Of a DNA stretch of 55,596 bases, positions 9,786-20,015 are shown one piece after another. The DNA comes from Myxococcota bacterium. GTDB taxonomy: Bacteria; Myxococcota; XYA12-FULL-58-9; JALHOP01. The stretch is taken from the NCBI GenBank assembly GCA_041288095.1, contig JBGGMJ010000053.1:1-55596 (forward strand), given 5' to 3'. Positions within the stretch are counted from its first letter, which is position 1. Every line of letters starts with the position of its first letter. A model generated the notes under the pieces. It was given only the letters and a program-made list of their open reading frames with translations, ran no database searches and was not told the origin of the DNA. A program made the translations under genes and the position numbers.

Positions 9786-10435
9786 TGAAAACTACGACGC
9801 TTCTCGCTCTCGCATTCGCCACGCTCTCGCCCTGGGTGGCGAGCGCGCAAACCACCACCGGGTCCGCAGGAGCGGTGCAGACGCGTGAGCCGCGTCAGCA
9901 GCAGCCGATCGCGAGCGTCGTCCGCGGCTTCTACATCGAAGCCAAGGCGACCGGCGGTTACACCCTGGCCGACCAGACGCTCGAGGCTCCGGCCGTTGGT
10001 CCCGGCACCCCGTACCCGACGCTTTCGGGCGCGAGCGAAGAGCTCGGTGGTGTCGCGGGGCTCCAGCTCAACGTCGGTTACGATCTGACCGAGCACGTCG
10101 CTGTCCAAGCGGTCGTCGGCAACATGTTCGCTTCGGGGCGTCGCGCCGACTACGTGCGTGACCTTTCGATTGCCTACGGCGGCCTTCAGGCGCGCCTCGC
10201 CTTCGACCTCACCGATCGTCTCGACCTCCTGGCGAGCGCCGGTGTCGCCTACGCCTCGGCGAGCAACCAAGTGGAAGCCGCGGAAAAGGGCGCCGCGGTG
10301 CTCGGCGGTATTGGCTTCGAGTACTACGTGCACGTCCGCCACTTCTCGGTCGGCATGGAAGTGACGGCCTTCGCGCCGCTGTCGCCGTCGCGCGTGTTCC
10401 TCGGCCTCTCGCCGATGATCAAGTACACGTTCTAG
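9785..10435 (+). CDS. gltH: GltH/CglE-like outer-membrane beta-barrel protein (216 aa)
   Basis: ATG at 9785 overlaps the gltG stop (TGATG). Signal peptide, RGFY motif, GFEYY...RHFSVG and terminal KYTF beta-signal; synteny. Confidence 0.8.
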   Translation: MKTTTLLALAFATLSPWVASAQTTTGSAGAVQTREPRQQQPIASVVRGFYIEAKATGGYTLADQTLEAPAVGPGTPYPTLSGASEELGGVAGLQLNVGYDLTEHVAVQAVVGNMFASGRRADYVRDLSIAYGGLQARLAFDLTDRLDLLASAGVAYASASNQVEAAEKGAAVLGGIGFEYYVHVRHFSVGMEVTAFAPLSPSRVFLGLSPMIKYTF

Positions 10436-10512
10436 CTGGCTTTACCCGAGCGCCACGAGGTCACGGGGCGCCGCGCAACCCTGCTCGAGCCAGGGCGATA
10501 CCCGTCCACGAG

Positions 10513-11466
10513 ATGGGTGACATTCCTACGCTCACCGTCCTGAACGGATCGGACTCACGGCGACTGCCCGCGGCGCCGCTGGTGCCTGCCCCGACCGACG
10601 AAGAGATCGCGGCCTCCCCGAGGTTACCCGTAACCGTCGTCCGCTCGCCCACCACGGGTCAGGAAATCGCGCGCGTGACCGTCGTCCGGCGCTCGTCCCA
10701 GGGGCCGGTGAACGTCGCCATCTTGGGCCAGTGCTACGTCGACGATAACGACATCCGCGGCGCGGCGTTGCGGCTGTCGCGCATCGAGTTCCCGGGCAGC
10801 GTCGTCATGGTGCACTGGACGACGACGTGCCCAGTGCCACCCGCGGAGCGCGAGCTCTTCCTCGGCCTGCTGCGTTTCTGGCGCTATGACCGCTTGAGCG
10901 ACGACGTCGCGGAAGCCGGAGTCGCCGAGGTCAATCGCGCACACGCCGAGGCACGCGAAGTCGGCGCCAATTTCTCGTCCGTTTTAGCGAGCATCCCTAT
11001 CCCGCTCCACGACCGGCCGGTGCATGTGTTCGCGCATTCGATGGGTGCCGCCGTCTTGCGCGAGGCGCTCGAGCGCGGTCAGCTCCGCGACTACGATATC
11101 CGCCGGGCCGTTTTTCTCGGCGGCACCGCGGCGACTGTCTTGTCGCCACGGGCGCTCGGCCAAGTGCGCGGCAGCGTCGTCAATTTCTATCGCGCCGACG
11201 ACTGGATCCTGGGCGCTGTGGCGCGTGTTCGCAACGAGTCCCAGATCGGCATGAACCCGATCCCCGCCCCGAACGAGCTCCAGGGACGTCGCATCTTCAA
11301 CGTCTCGGTCGATGACATCGGCCACCGTCACTATTGGGCCAATGGCAACCGGGTCCTGCGCAGCATCGACGCCATGGTGCCGCCCGAGCCTGGTGGGGTG
11401 CGCTTACAGCGCGCTTCACCTAGACTGACCAGCAATGCTCAAGGTGCTCTTCGACCTAACAGGTAG
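10513..11466 (+). CDS. Alpha/beta-hydrolase, DUF726-like
   Basis: Nucleophile elbow FAHSMG, followed by AVFLGG, VVNFYRADDWIL and DIGHRHY (candidate catalytic His). Confidence 0.65.
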   Translation: MGDIPTLTVLNGSDSRRLPAAPLVPAPTDEEIAASPRLPVTVVRSPTTGQEIARVTVVRRSSQGPVNVAILGQCYVDDNDIRGAALRLSRIEFPGSVVMVHWTTTCPVPPAERELFLGLLRFWRYDRLSDDVAEAGVAEVNRAHAEAREVGANFSSVLASIPIPLHDRPVHVFAHSMGAAVLREALERGQLRDYDIRRAVFLGGTAATVLSPRALGQVRGSVVNFYRADDWILGAVARVRNESQIGMNPIPAPNELQGRRIFNVSVDDIGHRHYWANGNRVLRSIDAMVPPEPGGVRLQRASPRLTSNAQGALRPNR

Positions 11467-12100
11467 CCATGGCCAAATGCTGGGCTTCGCGCTACCGACG
11501 CCCAACGACGCGCAGGCGCTCGAAGCGTTGGTCGCGGCGCTGCACGAAGAAGAGCGCAAGCCTCTGCAGCGCTTCGCCGTGCGCCGCAAGCTGACTTACG
11601 CGGGGGGGCGATACGCCATGCGCGAGCTGTTGCGTCGCCTCAGTCTCGCCGATGGTCCAATCCTCTCCGACGACCGCGGAGCCCCGGTGCTGCCGGCGTC
11701 CGTGCGCGGCTCGATCAGTCACAAGGACGAGGTGGCGTGTGCGTTGGTCACGAACGACACCAGCGCGTATTACGGTGTCGACGTCGAAGGCCTACCCGGA
11801 CCCTCGGACGATCTCGCCTCGCACATCCTGACGGCGCGAGAGCTCGCCCAAGTGAGCGCCATGGCGGACGCCCAGCGTGCCTTGGAGCTATCGCTGCGCT
11901 TCTCGGCCAAGGAAGCGATCTACAAAGCACTCGACCCGTACGTGCGCCGGTACGTGGCCCACGAAGAGGTCGAAGTCACTCCGAAGCCGGATGGCAGCGC
12001 CGAGGTTTGGTCCAAGGTCTTTCCGACGGGCCTGCGGGTTGAAGTAACCTGGCGTAAATACAGCGATTTTGTTCTGACGACCTGCCGAATCGGTACTTAG
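11435..12100 (+). CDS. 4'-phosphopantetheinyl transferase (EntD/Sfp-type)
   Basis: GAPVLP...GSISHK, GVDVE and FSAKEAIYKA motifs. Confidence 0.9.
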   Translation: MLKVLFDLTGSHGQMLGFALPTPNDAQALEALVAALHEEERKPLQRFAVRRKLTYAGGRYAMRELLRRLSLADGPILSDDRGAPVLPASVRGSISHKDEVACALVTNDTSAYYGVDVEGLPGPSDDLASHILTARELAQVSAMADAQRALELSLRFSAKEAIYKALDPYVRRYVAHEEVEVTPKPDGSAEVWSKVFPTGLRVEVTWRKYSDFVLTTCRIGT

Positions 12101-12118
12101 CGTCGCCAAGCGCCTTTC

Positions 12119-12147
12119 GTGCACAGTAAACTGACCTCTTACGTCTA
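12119..12147 (+). promoter_or_regulatory. Candidate ECF-sigma promoter (GTGCACA-N16-CGTCTA)
   Basis: A CGTC -10 element lies 16 nt after a TGCACA -35-like box, directly upstream of an ECF sigma gene. It resembles the TGTCACA-N16-CGTC type of ECF promoter. Confidence 0.45.
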
Positions 12148-12199
12148 ACTGGGGCGTAAGCCGGTCGTGAGCGCTCTCACGGTCGTACCCGGAGGTCGA

Positions 12200-12784
12200 A
12201 TGGGGCTCAAAGCCCTATCCCGCGACGAGCGTGAGCTGCTGCCGCGTTATGCCGAAGGCGATCGCGCGGCGTTCGAGGAGCTCGTGCATCGTTTTCGCGC
12301 GCCCGTGTACGGGTACATCATCCGCTGTGGCGTGCCGCCGGCGGCGGCCGACGACCTCTTCCAGGACGTCTTCTTCAGCGTGCATCGCGCCGCGGCTTCG
12401 TATCGTCCGACACAGCCCTTGAAACCGTGGCTCTTCACCATCACCGCCAACGCGGTGCGCTCGCACTTCCGCAAGCGCTCGGTCTGGGCGCGTGTCTTCT
12501 CGCCTGCCGAGATGGCCGAGTCGCAAGCTCCGGAGCCCGGCTTGCAGGTGGCGCGCGAAGGCGCGGAGCTCGCCGATTTTCTCGACGGGCACATGCGCGA
12601 TCTGCCGCTCAAGCAGCGTGAGGTCGTGGTCCTCTGCTGCGTCGAGCAGCTCTCGCTCGAGGAGACCGCCGCCGCGCTCGCCATGCCGCTCGAGAGCGTG
12701 AAGACCAACTTGAAGCGCGGACGCGCGGCGCTGCAGAAGGCCCTCGATCGCCGCGACCTGCGCGAGAAGCGGGAGGCGCAATGA
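12200..12784 (+). CDS. ECF-family RNA polymerase sigma factor (194 aa)
   Basis: GDRAAFEELV, ADDLFQDVF, WLFTITAN (region 2) and LPLKQREVV...SVKTNLKRGR (region 4). SD GGAGGT before ATG 12200. Confidence 0.92.
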   Translation: MGLKALSRDERELLPRYAEGDRAAFEELVHRFRAPVYGYIIRCGVPPAAADDLFQDVFFSVHRAAASYRPTQPLKPWLFTITANAVRSHFRKRSVWARVFSPAEMAESQAPEPGLQVAREGAELADFLDGHMRDLPLKQREVVVLCCVEQLSLEETAAALAMPLESVKTNLKRGRAALQKALDRRDLREKREAQ

Positions 12785-14319
12785 AGTCCATCGACGACAT
12801 CCTGCGCGACATGCCGCGGCACACGCCCTCCGCCTCGGTCGTCGCCGAGACCTTGCAGCGCGTCGCCGAAGATCCAGGGGCGGCGCCGCTGGAAGAGCGT
12901 CGCGTCTTGGCCATGGTGCGCGAGCAGCGGGTCTTCGCGCGCTGGACGCTCGCCTATGCGTTCGGCCTCACCGCGGCCTTCGTCGGCTTCGTGCTCTGGC
13001 ATACCGGCCACGGCGGGCTCGGCGACAAGCCGCGTGTTCTCGACGGCAGCGCGGCGCGCGTCTTGACCAGCGCCGCCGGCGCCTCGCGTTCCGCCAACAC
13101 CATCGCCAACGTCAGGCGGTACCTCGAAGCGGGTGAGCTTCCTCCCGTGCCGCTCGTGCAGACGGACGCCATCGTCGATTATTTTCAGTATACCGACGTC
13201 GATTCCGAGGGCAGCGCGCCGGTGCGTGTCGGCATGTCGAGCATGCCGGCGCCGTGGGACCCGTCGAAGAAGCTGGTGCGCTTGGGAGTCGTCGGGCGCG
13301 AGCGCAGTTGGGGTGAGCATACGCCGACGAGCCTAGCCATCGCCGTCGACGCCGCCGCGGTGAACAAGAGTGGGGTCACGCGCGACCTCGCCCGCAGCGC
13401 GCTCGGCGCTCTGGTGGCCACCTTGGGTGAGCAAGACACCATCGCCATCATGGATGTCGGCCGCAGCGGACAGATGGTGCTGACCTCGACGAACGGCGGC
13501 AAACACGAGCTCATTAACGAGGCGCTGGCTGTCTTGTTCGCTACCCAGCGCGAGCGCCGGCCGCTGTCTTCAGAGGCGGTCCAGCGCGCCTATCAGGTCG
13601 CGCGCAGCACCTCGGGCTTTGGCCGCGTCGGTCATGTCCTCTTGGTGGGCGCGGGCGGCATGCGCCTCGACACCCAGGATCTCTCCGAGCGGCTCGTGAG
13701 CTATGTCCGCAACGGCGTTCGCACGTCGATGCTCACGCTCGGTGAAACCACCGTGGACGTCCAGCTCGCCGAGCTCGTCGGCGACGACGTGCACGCCGAT
13801 CTGCGCGAGCTCGCCGAGGTGCGCGAGCAGTTCCTCGATCCGATGATGCGCACGATGCTGCCGGCGGCACGCAACGTCGATGTACAGCTGCTGGCGAGCA
13901 AGGGTCGTGTGCACCCGCTTTCGGAGGCGTCGTTGCCGCAGCTCGGCGCGGGTCAGGTGATGACGGCGCTCTACGAGGTCGAAGGCGAGCCCGAGCTCAC
14001 GGTGCGCATCGGCTTCCAGCGCCTCGAGACCGGCAGGGCGGAACGCGCCGAGGTCGCCGTTGCCGACATCCCCGAGAGCGCGACCGACGACGACAAGGTG
14101 GCGGCCGCCGCGGCGGCATTCGCCTTTGCCTTGCAATCGGCGCGTCCGAGTGAGGCGTACGCGTACCTCGACGGCGCCGAAACGCTCTTGGCCGGCACAC
14201 GCTTGCCCGCGATTGCGGACGAGCGTGACCGGCGCATGGAGCTCTCTCGCATGGTGGGCCAGGCCCGCGAGATCATCTGCTCGCCGGGCCTCGATTCTCC
14301 GTCGTGCGCCACGCGCTGA
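12781..14319 (+). CDS. Putative anti-sigma factor: short cytoplasmic N-terminus + TM + YfbK-like vWA protein
   Basis: ATGA overlap with the ECF gene. TM WTLAYAFGLTAAFVGFVLW; YfbK-like segments ANVRRYLEAGELPP...IVDYFQY, APWDP and VAAAAAAFAFAL; vWA MIDAS position reads DAAAV. Confidence 0.7.
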   Translation: MKSIDDILRDMPRHTPSASVVAETLQRVAEDPGAAPLEERRVLAMVREQRVFARWTLAYAFGLTAAFVGFVLWHTGHGGLGDKPRVLDGSAARVLTSAAGASRSANTIANVRRYLEAGELPPVPLVQTDAIVDYFQYTDVDSEGSAPVRVGMSSMPAPWDPSKKLVRLGVVGRERSWGEHTPTSLAIAVDAAAVNKSGVTRDLARSALGALVATLGEQDTIAIMDVGRSGQMVLTSTNGGKHELINEALAVLFATQRERRPLSSEAVQRAYQVARSTSGFGRVGHVLLVGAGGMRLDTQDLSERLVSYVRNGVRTSMLTLGETTVDVQLAELVGDDVHADLRELAEVREQFLDPMMRTMLPAARNVDVQLLASKGRVHPLSEASLPQLGAGQVMTALYEVEGEPELTVRIGFQRLETGRAERAEVAVADIPESATDDDKVAAAAAAFAFALQSARPSEAYAYLDGAETLLAGTRLPAIADERDRRMELSRMVGQAREIICSPGLDSPSCATR

Positions 14320-14452
14320 CCCAGGCCTTTTTCCGCCGCGCTGCCTTCACCACACACCCGGCTGTGCCCATCGGGCACCCGCACGCCGCCGGCTGACCCG
14401 CACCGATCCGAGGCAGGCCTCGATAATGCCGCCAACTCGGGAAAGGTGTGTC

Positions 14453-14941
14453 ATGAGAATCGACGGTCCAAACAAGCAGCCTAAGTCCGCTTCCGGCGCC
14501 ACTGGCGCTCTCGTGTGGATCGCCGGCCATGGCGTGCACGCTCCCGAAGGGCACGAGCTCACCGGCCACAACATCGGGTCTGAACGCTACGTTTACGCGG
14601 ACATCACGCGCCGTCGCGCGCTGATCACCACGCAGGCCGACCTCAGCGAGCCCCCGACGGAGCAGCGCCAGATCAGCGAGCGCGAACCGACCGCCGCCGA
14701 GAGGGCGCGCTTCTCCATGTCGAACATCGCAGCCGACCGCGGCAAGGTCTTCGACGGCGCCACTTGCATTGGCAGCTTCGCCAGCGACCTGAACACGACG
14801 CGCGACGGCCGCAAGCTCACATCGATGGTCGACGGTCGCTTCGGCATCGCGGAGAGCGAGCGCCGCATCTACGTCTTCGATACCACCGACAGGACGGCGC
14901 TGAAGTTCCCGGTGGTCGGTTGTTACGACCTACGCGCGTAA
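14453..14941 (+). CDS. Hypothetical protein (162 aa)
   Basis: SD-like GAAAGGTG before ATG 14453 (MRIDGPNK...). Host-like GC3 codons; no recognisable family. Confidence 0.6.
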   Translation: MRIDGPNKQPKSASGATGALVWIAGHGVHAPEGHELTGHNIGSERYVYADITRRRALITTQADLSEPPTEQRQISEREPTAAERARFSMSNIAADRGKVFDGATCIGSFASDLNTTRDGRKLTSMVDGRFGIAESERRIYVFDTTDRTALKFPVVGCYDLRA

Positions 14942-15142
14942 CCTCGGGCGGTAGCGAAACCACATCGACGCGGTGTCCGGCGTAGGCGCTTTCGACGCGG
15001 AAAGCCCTGGGCGGTCACGCGCCTGCATGCGCGGGACTGCCAAGACGGCGGGGGTTCCGACGCAACTCCTGCGCACGCCTGCCGATGAAGAGGAGACAGA
15101 GCATCAGAAATTGGTCGAGTATCGTTTGAAAGGAAGACGAAG

Positions 15143-15676
15143 ATGAGAAACGAACAAGTCGCATCCGCTCAAAGCGCAGCCATCAAGACAGCCCTGGAGT
15201 TGCGTCCCCATCACGTCGAGAAGTTCCGCAAGCTCGAACGCGCCATCACGTTGGAGGATGCGCTGTCGGCTCTCGCGCAGGCCAACATCTTCGATTTCCC
15301 GCCGAGCCAGAGCTTTCGCCACGACATCGCGTTCGCGGCCATCCCCGCGGGCAAGGCATCTCCCGCGGCCTACGTGCAGAGCGCGCTGGGCAAGCCCTAC
15401 CACGAGGCGCCGACCGGTTCGACCGCCGGTCGAGCGACCGAGACCCGCTACAGCATCACGTTCGACGACGGAACGGGCGCTGCCTGGGAGAGCTACTCCG
15501 CGAATCGCTTGGCGCTGAAGGTCGAGAGCGACTTCGAGGGCGGAGGCAAGACGACCGCCTATTACTCCGCGCGTCTCGACCAGTTGGCGCTAGTTATCAA
15601 GACAGCGAATCCGCGTTTCTCGGCGCAGTCGATCTTCGACGCGGCGTCGCGGCTACCTCTCGATCGCTCGTTCTAG
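15143..15676 (+). CDS. Hypothetical protein (177 aa)
   Basis: SD AAGGAAG upstream, host-like codons, no recognisable family. Confidence 0.65.
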   Translation: MRNEQVASAQSAAIKTALELRPHHVEKFRKLERAITLEDALSALAQANIFDFPPSQSFRHDIAFAAIPAGKASPAAYVQSALGKPYHEAPTGSTAGRATETRYSITFDDGTGAAWESYSANRLALKVESDFEGGGKTTAYYSARLDQLALVIKTANPRFSAQSIFDAASRLPLDRSF

Positions 15677-15692
15677 TCAGCGTCGGTCAGGC

Positions 15693-15716
15693 GGGCTCGG
15701 CGGCCCGCGCGAGCCC
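15693..15716. terminator. GC-rich hairpin between convergent genes
   Basis: GGGCTCG(15693-15699)/CGAGCCC(15710-15716) between the stops at 15676 and 15718. No U-tract. Confidence 0.3.
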
Positions 15717-15717
15717 T

Positions 15718-17139
<1,422 letters not shown>

Positions 17140-17147
17140 TGCTCGAT

Positions 17148-17156
17148 ATTGTAGCA
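17148..17156 (-). promoter_or_regulatory. Extended -10 promoter element (TGnTACAAT), 8 nt before the EBP start codon
   Basis: Minus strand reads TGCTACAAT-atcgagca-ATG with no SD, which suggests a leaderless transcript. Confidence 0.55.
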
Positions 17157-17217
17157 CATGGTGCACCATAATTGAGCAACTCAGACTTGAGCAGTCCAGC
17201 TTTCGCGGGGGTTGCCG

Positions 17218-17233
17218 TGGCACCCGCGTTGCA
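17218..17233 (+). promoter_or_regulatory. Sigma54 -24/-12 promoter TGGCAC-N5-TTGCA
   Basis: TGGCACCCGCGTTGCA matches the TGGCAC-N5-TTGCW consensus. It lies upstream of the SPFH gene and next to a divergent sigma54 activator. Confidence 0.85.
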
Positions 17234-17245
17234 TTCCTTACCGCC

Positions 17246-18448
17246 ATGAATAAGCAACAATCCCCCCAGGAAGCCCAAGGTTGGAGAGCAGGTAAGCCCG
17301 TCGAGGATCCCGAGAAGATGAAGCGTTGGGGCTTCGTCTCGGCGAAGCCCTCGGAGTACTTGGTGCATGTGCGCCGCGGTGAGGTGCGCAAGCGCTCGAG
17401 TGGTCAGGGCTCGACTTGCTTCAAGTGGCCGCGCGACTCCATCGCCATCGTGCCGACGTCATTGCAGCGTCTGCATTTCCGCGCTGACCAGGTGACGATG
17501 GAGCGTGTCGGCGTCGAGGTTCAGGGCCTTGCGGTCTACCGCATCGCCGAGCCGCTGCTCGCCTACCGGGTGCTGAACTTCAGCTACCCGGAGCGCGCGC
17601 AGCAGAAGCTCGAAGAGACGCTGACCGAGATGTTCATGGGCGCGGCCCGCCGTCTCATCGCGAACCTCACCGTCGACGAGTGTCTGCAAAAGCGGAAGGC
17701 CGCTCTAGCGGTCGAGCTCCTGCGTGAGATCGCGCCGGTGGTTGGCGGCAGTGGTCACCCCACCGACGGGACCGATCGCGGCTGGGGTGTGGTCATCGAC
17801 ACCATCGAGATTCAGGAGGTGCGCATCATGTCGCAGGGCGTCTTCGCCTCGATGCAGGCGCCGTACCGTGCCGCGATCGAGCAAAAGGCGCGCGAGGCGA
17901 CCGCGGATGCCAACAAGGCCATCGCTTTGCGCGAGCACGAATACCACCGCACCGTCGAGGAGGCGCGTATCGAGAACGAGCGTGAGCTGCAGCGCAAGCA
18001 GCAGGCGCTCAAAGAGCAAGAGGCGCAGGCGGTGACCTCTTTGAAGGAGCAAGCGGCGCGTGCCGAGATCCAAATCGCCGAGCAACGCGCTCGCGCCGAG
18101 CTCGAAGCGGCGGAGCTGCGCGCGAAGGCGCTGGATGCGCAGATCGCGCTCGACAACGTGCGCGAGAAAGCGGAGCGCGAGCGGCGCGAAGCCGAGCTCG
18201 CCATCGCGGAGAGGGAGGGCAGGGTGCACGCGGAGATCATGCTGCTGAACGCGCAGGCGCAACTGGTGGCATCGGATTCGCAGGCCAGGGTGCTCACGGC
18301 GCAGAAGCTGCCGGAGCTCGCGGCGGCGATCGGTCAACGCATTGGCGAGGTGCGCATCATGCAGATGGGGGGCGACGGCAATCCGTTCGCGCAGCTCACG
18401 CAGGGGGTGACGGCGGTGCTGGAGATGGCAAAGACCGTCGGTCGGTAG
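17246..18448 (+). CDS. SPFH/Band 7 (flotillin-like) protein with coiled-coil tail
   Basis: [14 protein letters not shown]...[26 protein letters not shown] and an AE-rich coiled coil. Start is 17246 or alternatively 17318. Confidence 0.85.
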   Translation: MNKQQSPQEAQGWRAGKPVEDPEKMKRWGFVSAKPSEYLVHVRRGEVRKRSSGQGSTCFKWPRDSIAIVPTSLQRLHFRADQVTMERVGVEVQGLAVYRIAEPLLAYRVLNFSYPERAQQKLEETLTEMFMGAARRLIANLTVDECLQKRKAALAVELLREIAPVVGGSGHPTDGTDRGWGVVIDTIEIQEVRIMSQGVFASMQAPYRAAIEQKAREATADANKAIALREHEYHRTVEEARIENERELQRKQQALKEQEAQAVTSLKEQAARAEIQIAEQRARAELEAAELRAKALDAQIALDNVREKAERERREAELAIAEREGRVHAEIMLLNAQAQLVASDSQARVLTAQKLPELAAAIGQRIGEVRIMQMGGDGNPFAQLTQGVTAVLEMAKTVGR

Positions 18449-18506
18449 TCGGCAATCGGTAATCGGCAATCGGTAATCGGTAATCGGTAATCGGTAATCG
18501 GTAATT
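18444..18506 (+). repeat. Heptamer tandem array (GGTAATC)x9, degenerate
   Basis: Units GGTAGTC, GGCAATC, GGTAATC, GGCAATC, GGTAATC x4, GGTAATT. The first unit contains the SPFH stop codon. Confidence 0.97.
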
Positions 18507-18544
18507 GGCCTGCTCCGCGATAGCGTCTCCTCCATGGCTGCGCG

Positions 18545-18632
18545 CTTGCTCCGTTCCGACCTCGCCATGAGGCCCCGGGCCTTCGGCCCTCGCAGGGGTG
18601 CGGGCCTCATGGCGAGGCCGGAACGGAGCAAG
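18545..18632 (+). repeat. 31-bp inverted repeat (1 mismatch) ending 5 nt before the four-helix-bundle ATG
   Basis: Left arm CTTGCTCCGTTCCGACCTCGCCATGAGGCCC (18545-18575); right arm GGGCCTCATGGCGAGGCCGGAACGGAGCAAG (18602-18632). The 26-nt loop holds a small GGGC-CTTCG-GCCC hairpin. Confidence 0.95.
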
Positions 18633-18637
18633 GGCAC

Positions 18638-18976
18638 ATGCGAGTTGTGGAGACGGTCATCTATCGGAAGGCGCTCGAGTTGGTCGAAGTGGGGCATGCG
18701 GTCATCGGTCGCCTGCCAACAGGCTGCGGCTTCCTCGCAGACCAGCTTCGTCGCTCGACATCCTCGGTCGTCCTCAACTTCGCCGAGGGCTACGTAAAGC
18801 CCTCCGCGGCCGAACAACGGCGCTTCTTCACGATCGCTCTCGGTTCGGCCCAAGAGTCCCTCGCAATCTTCGATGTCGCACGAGCCCTCGGTGCAATTCG
18901 CCCTGAGGCGCACACACGCGGCACCGACCTCGCAGACCACCTCTGCCGCATGCTCTGGAAGTTCCGCCGCAGGTAG
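18638..18976 (+). CDS. Four-helix-bundle protein (TIGR02436 / 23S rRNA IVP-like family), 112 aa
   Basis: Signature IYRKA...LP...LADQLRRSTSSVVLNFAEG...EQRRFFTIALGSAQE. Confidence 0.9.
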   Translation: MRVVETVIYRKALELVEVGHAVIGRLPTGCGFLADQLRRSTSSVVLNFAEGYVKPSAAEQRRFFTIALGSAQESLAIFDVARALGAIRPEAHTRGTDLADHLCRMLWKFRRR

Positions 18977-19001
18977 AGCGGACGCAGCATCGAAGCGGCC
19001 C

Positions 19002-19964
19002 TCAGAAAAACGGCAGCCAACTCGACTTGCCGTCTTCTCGGAGCCTTCGCGTATCCGCCATCACCATGCCGTCGAACGTGAACCCCAAGTAGAGCAAAGC
19101 CCCCCCGGCGACGGCACCGGGGGCTCCCCCGTAAATCATCCCCTTGCTATCGATGGCCGCCCCGACCGCCACCAAGGCAATCCCCGCCGCGAGCAACACC
19201 CCTCCATACGTCCAACAGGTGATGTTCCCCAGGCTCGGCCCCTCCCGCAGCGAATAGACCAGCGTCTCCTTGTCCTTTTTAGCGGTCAGGTTGGCGAGCA
19301 TCGGCTTGAGCGGCGGACTAACGACGGCGAGCCTCGCGTGACCCAATGCGATACCGCCGAGCGTGCAGCCGCCATGTGCGTCGACGGGTTTTTCGCAGCC
19401 ATGCTCGCGCCCGTCGCTGGTCACCAAGCGCACCTCGAAGGTGTGCTCTTGATCGGTCGTGTCGAACCGCAAGGTCAGCGGCGATAGGTTCTCGGCGACG
19501 ACCGGCTCCGGCGGGGGCGCGCGTCCCAGCACTTCCGCGACCGCGCGTTTCACCGCGTCGCGATAGAACCGCTCGTCGGCCCGGGCGGTCACCTGGGCAC
19601 GGCGCCGCACCTCCCCAGCCCGCACGTCAATCAACGTCAGCTCCATGACCAGCTCGTCGCCCAGCTTCCCGGCCGTGCCGCTCATGAGCAGCTCGACGCC
19701 CAGCGCCTGGGCGATGTCCGCGGCGCAGCTCACGTCGTCGCAGCCGGCCGCGTCTTTCATGCGCTCGAGGCCGAGCATGGCGTCGATATCGGCTGGCCGA
19801 ACGACCGCGAAAGAGCCCGCGGCTTCCAGCTCCGCGATCACCAAGAGGTCCAAGATTTGGGCCGTCTCCACGGGAATGTTCTTCGCGGCCAGGGGCATGG
19901 CCGCGAGGCGGGGTTTTTCAGGGGGTGCTACGAGGCAGAGAGTTACCGCCAAGAAGGGCGACAT
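19002..19964 (-). CDS. Hypothetical exported/membrane protein with N-terminal CsgG/TolB-N-like domain and C-terminal TM hairpin
   Basis: LAAMPL...FAVV...DIDAMLG...GCDDVSCAADIAQALGVELLMSGTAGKLG, a common myxobacterial domain; two Gly-rich hydrophobic helices at the C-terminus. Confidence 0.7.
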   Translation of the reverse strand: MSPFLAVTLCLVAPPEKPRLAAMPLAAKNIPVETAQILDLLVIAELEAAGSFAVVRPADIDAMLGLERMKDAAGCDDVSCAADIAQALGVELLMSGTAGKLGDELVMELTLIDVRAGEVRRRAQVTARADERFYRDAVKRAVAEVLGRAPPPEPVVAENLSPLTLRFDTTDQEHTFEVRLVTSDGREHGCEKPVDAHGGCTLGGIALGHARLAVVSPPLKPMLANLTAKKDKETLVYSLREGPSLGNITCWTYGGVLLAAGIALVAVGAAIDSKGMIYGGAPGAVAGGALLYLGFTFDGMVMADTRRLREDGKSSWLPFF

Positions 19965-20015
19965 TGGTGGATCTTTACTTGCGCCCACATCCCGCGCAAC
20001 GGATGATTCCGCAAA

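Noticed and set aside
10495-15090. Sigma28-like CGATA/GCCGATG boxes upstream of the orphan genes at 10513, 14453 and 15143
   Set aside because: Matches are short, variably spaced and lack a consistent -35 (TAAA). They are not distinguishable from chance in GC-rich DNA without a genome-wide test.
18444-18632. Possible CRISPR array or tRNA/rRNA fragment near the four-helix-bundle gene
   Set aside because: Repeats are contiguous 7-mers without spacers, there are no cas genes, and the hairpin has no cloverleaf or rRNA-like flanks.
17705-18940. Minus-strand ORF containing a PITDYRL peptide repeat
   Set aside because: The peptide repeat is only the translation of the DNA heptamer, and the ORF is antisense to two well-supported genes.
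18638-18976. Diversity-generating retroelement (Avd-like gene)
   Set aside because: No reverse transcriptase and no TR/VR pair with adenine-specific mismatches in the window. The single mismatch in the 1-80/541-620 repeat is C/G.
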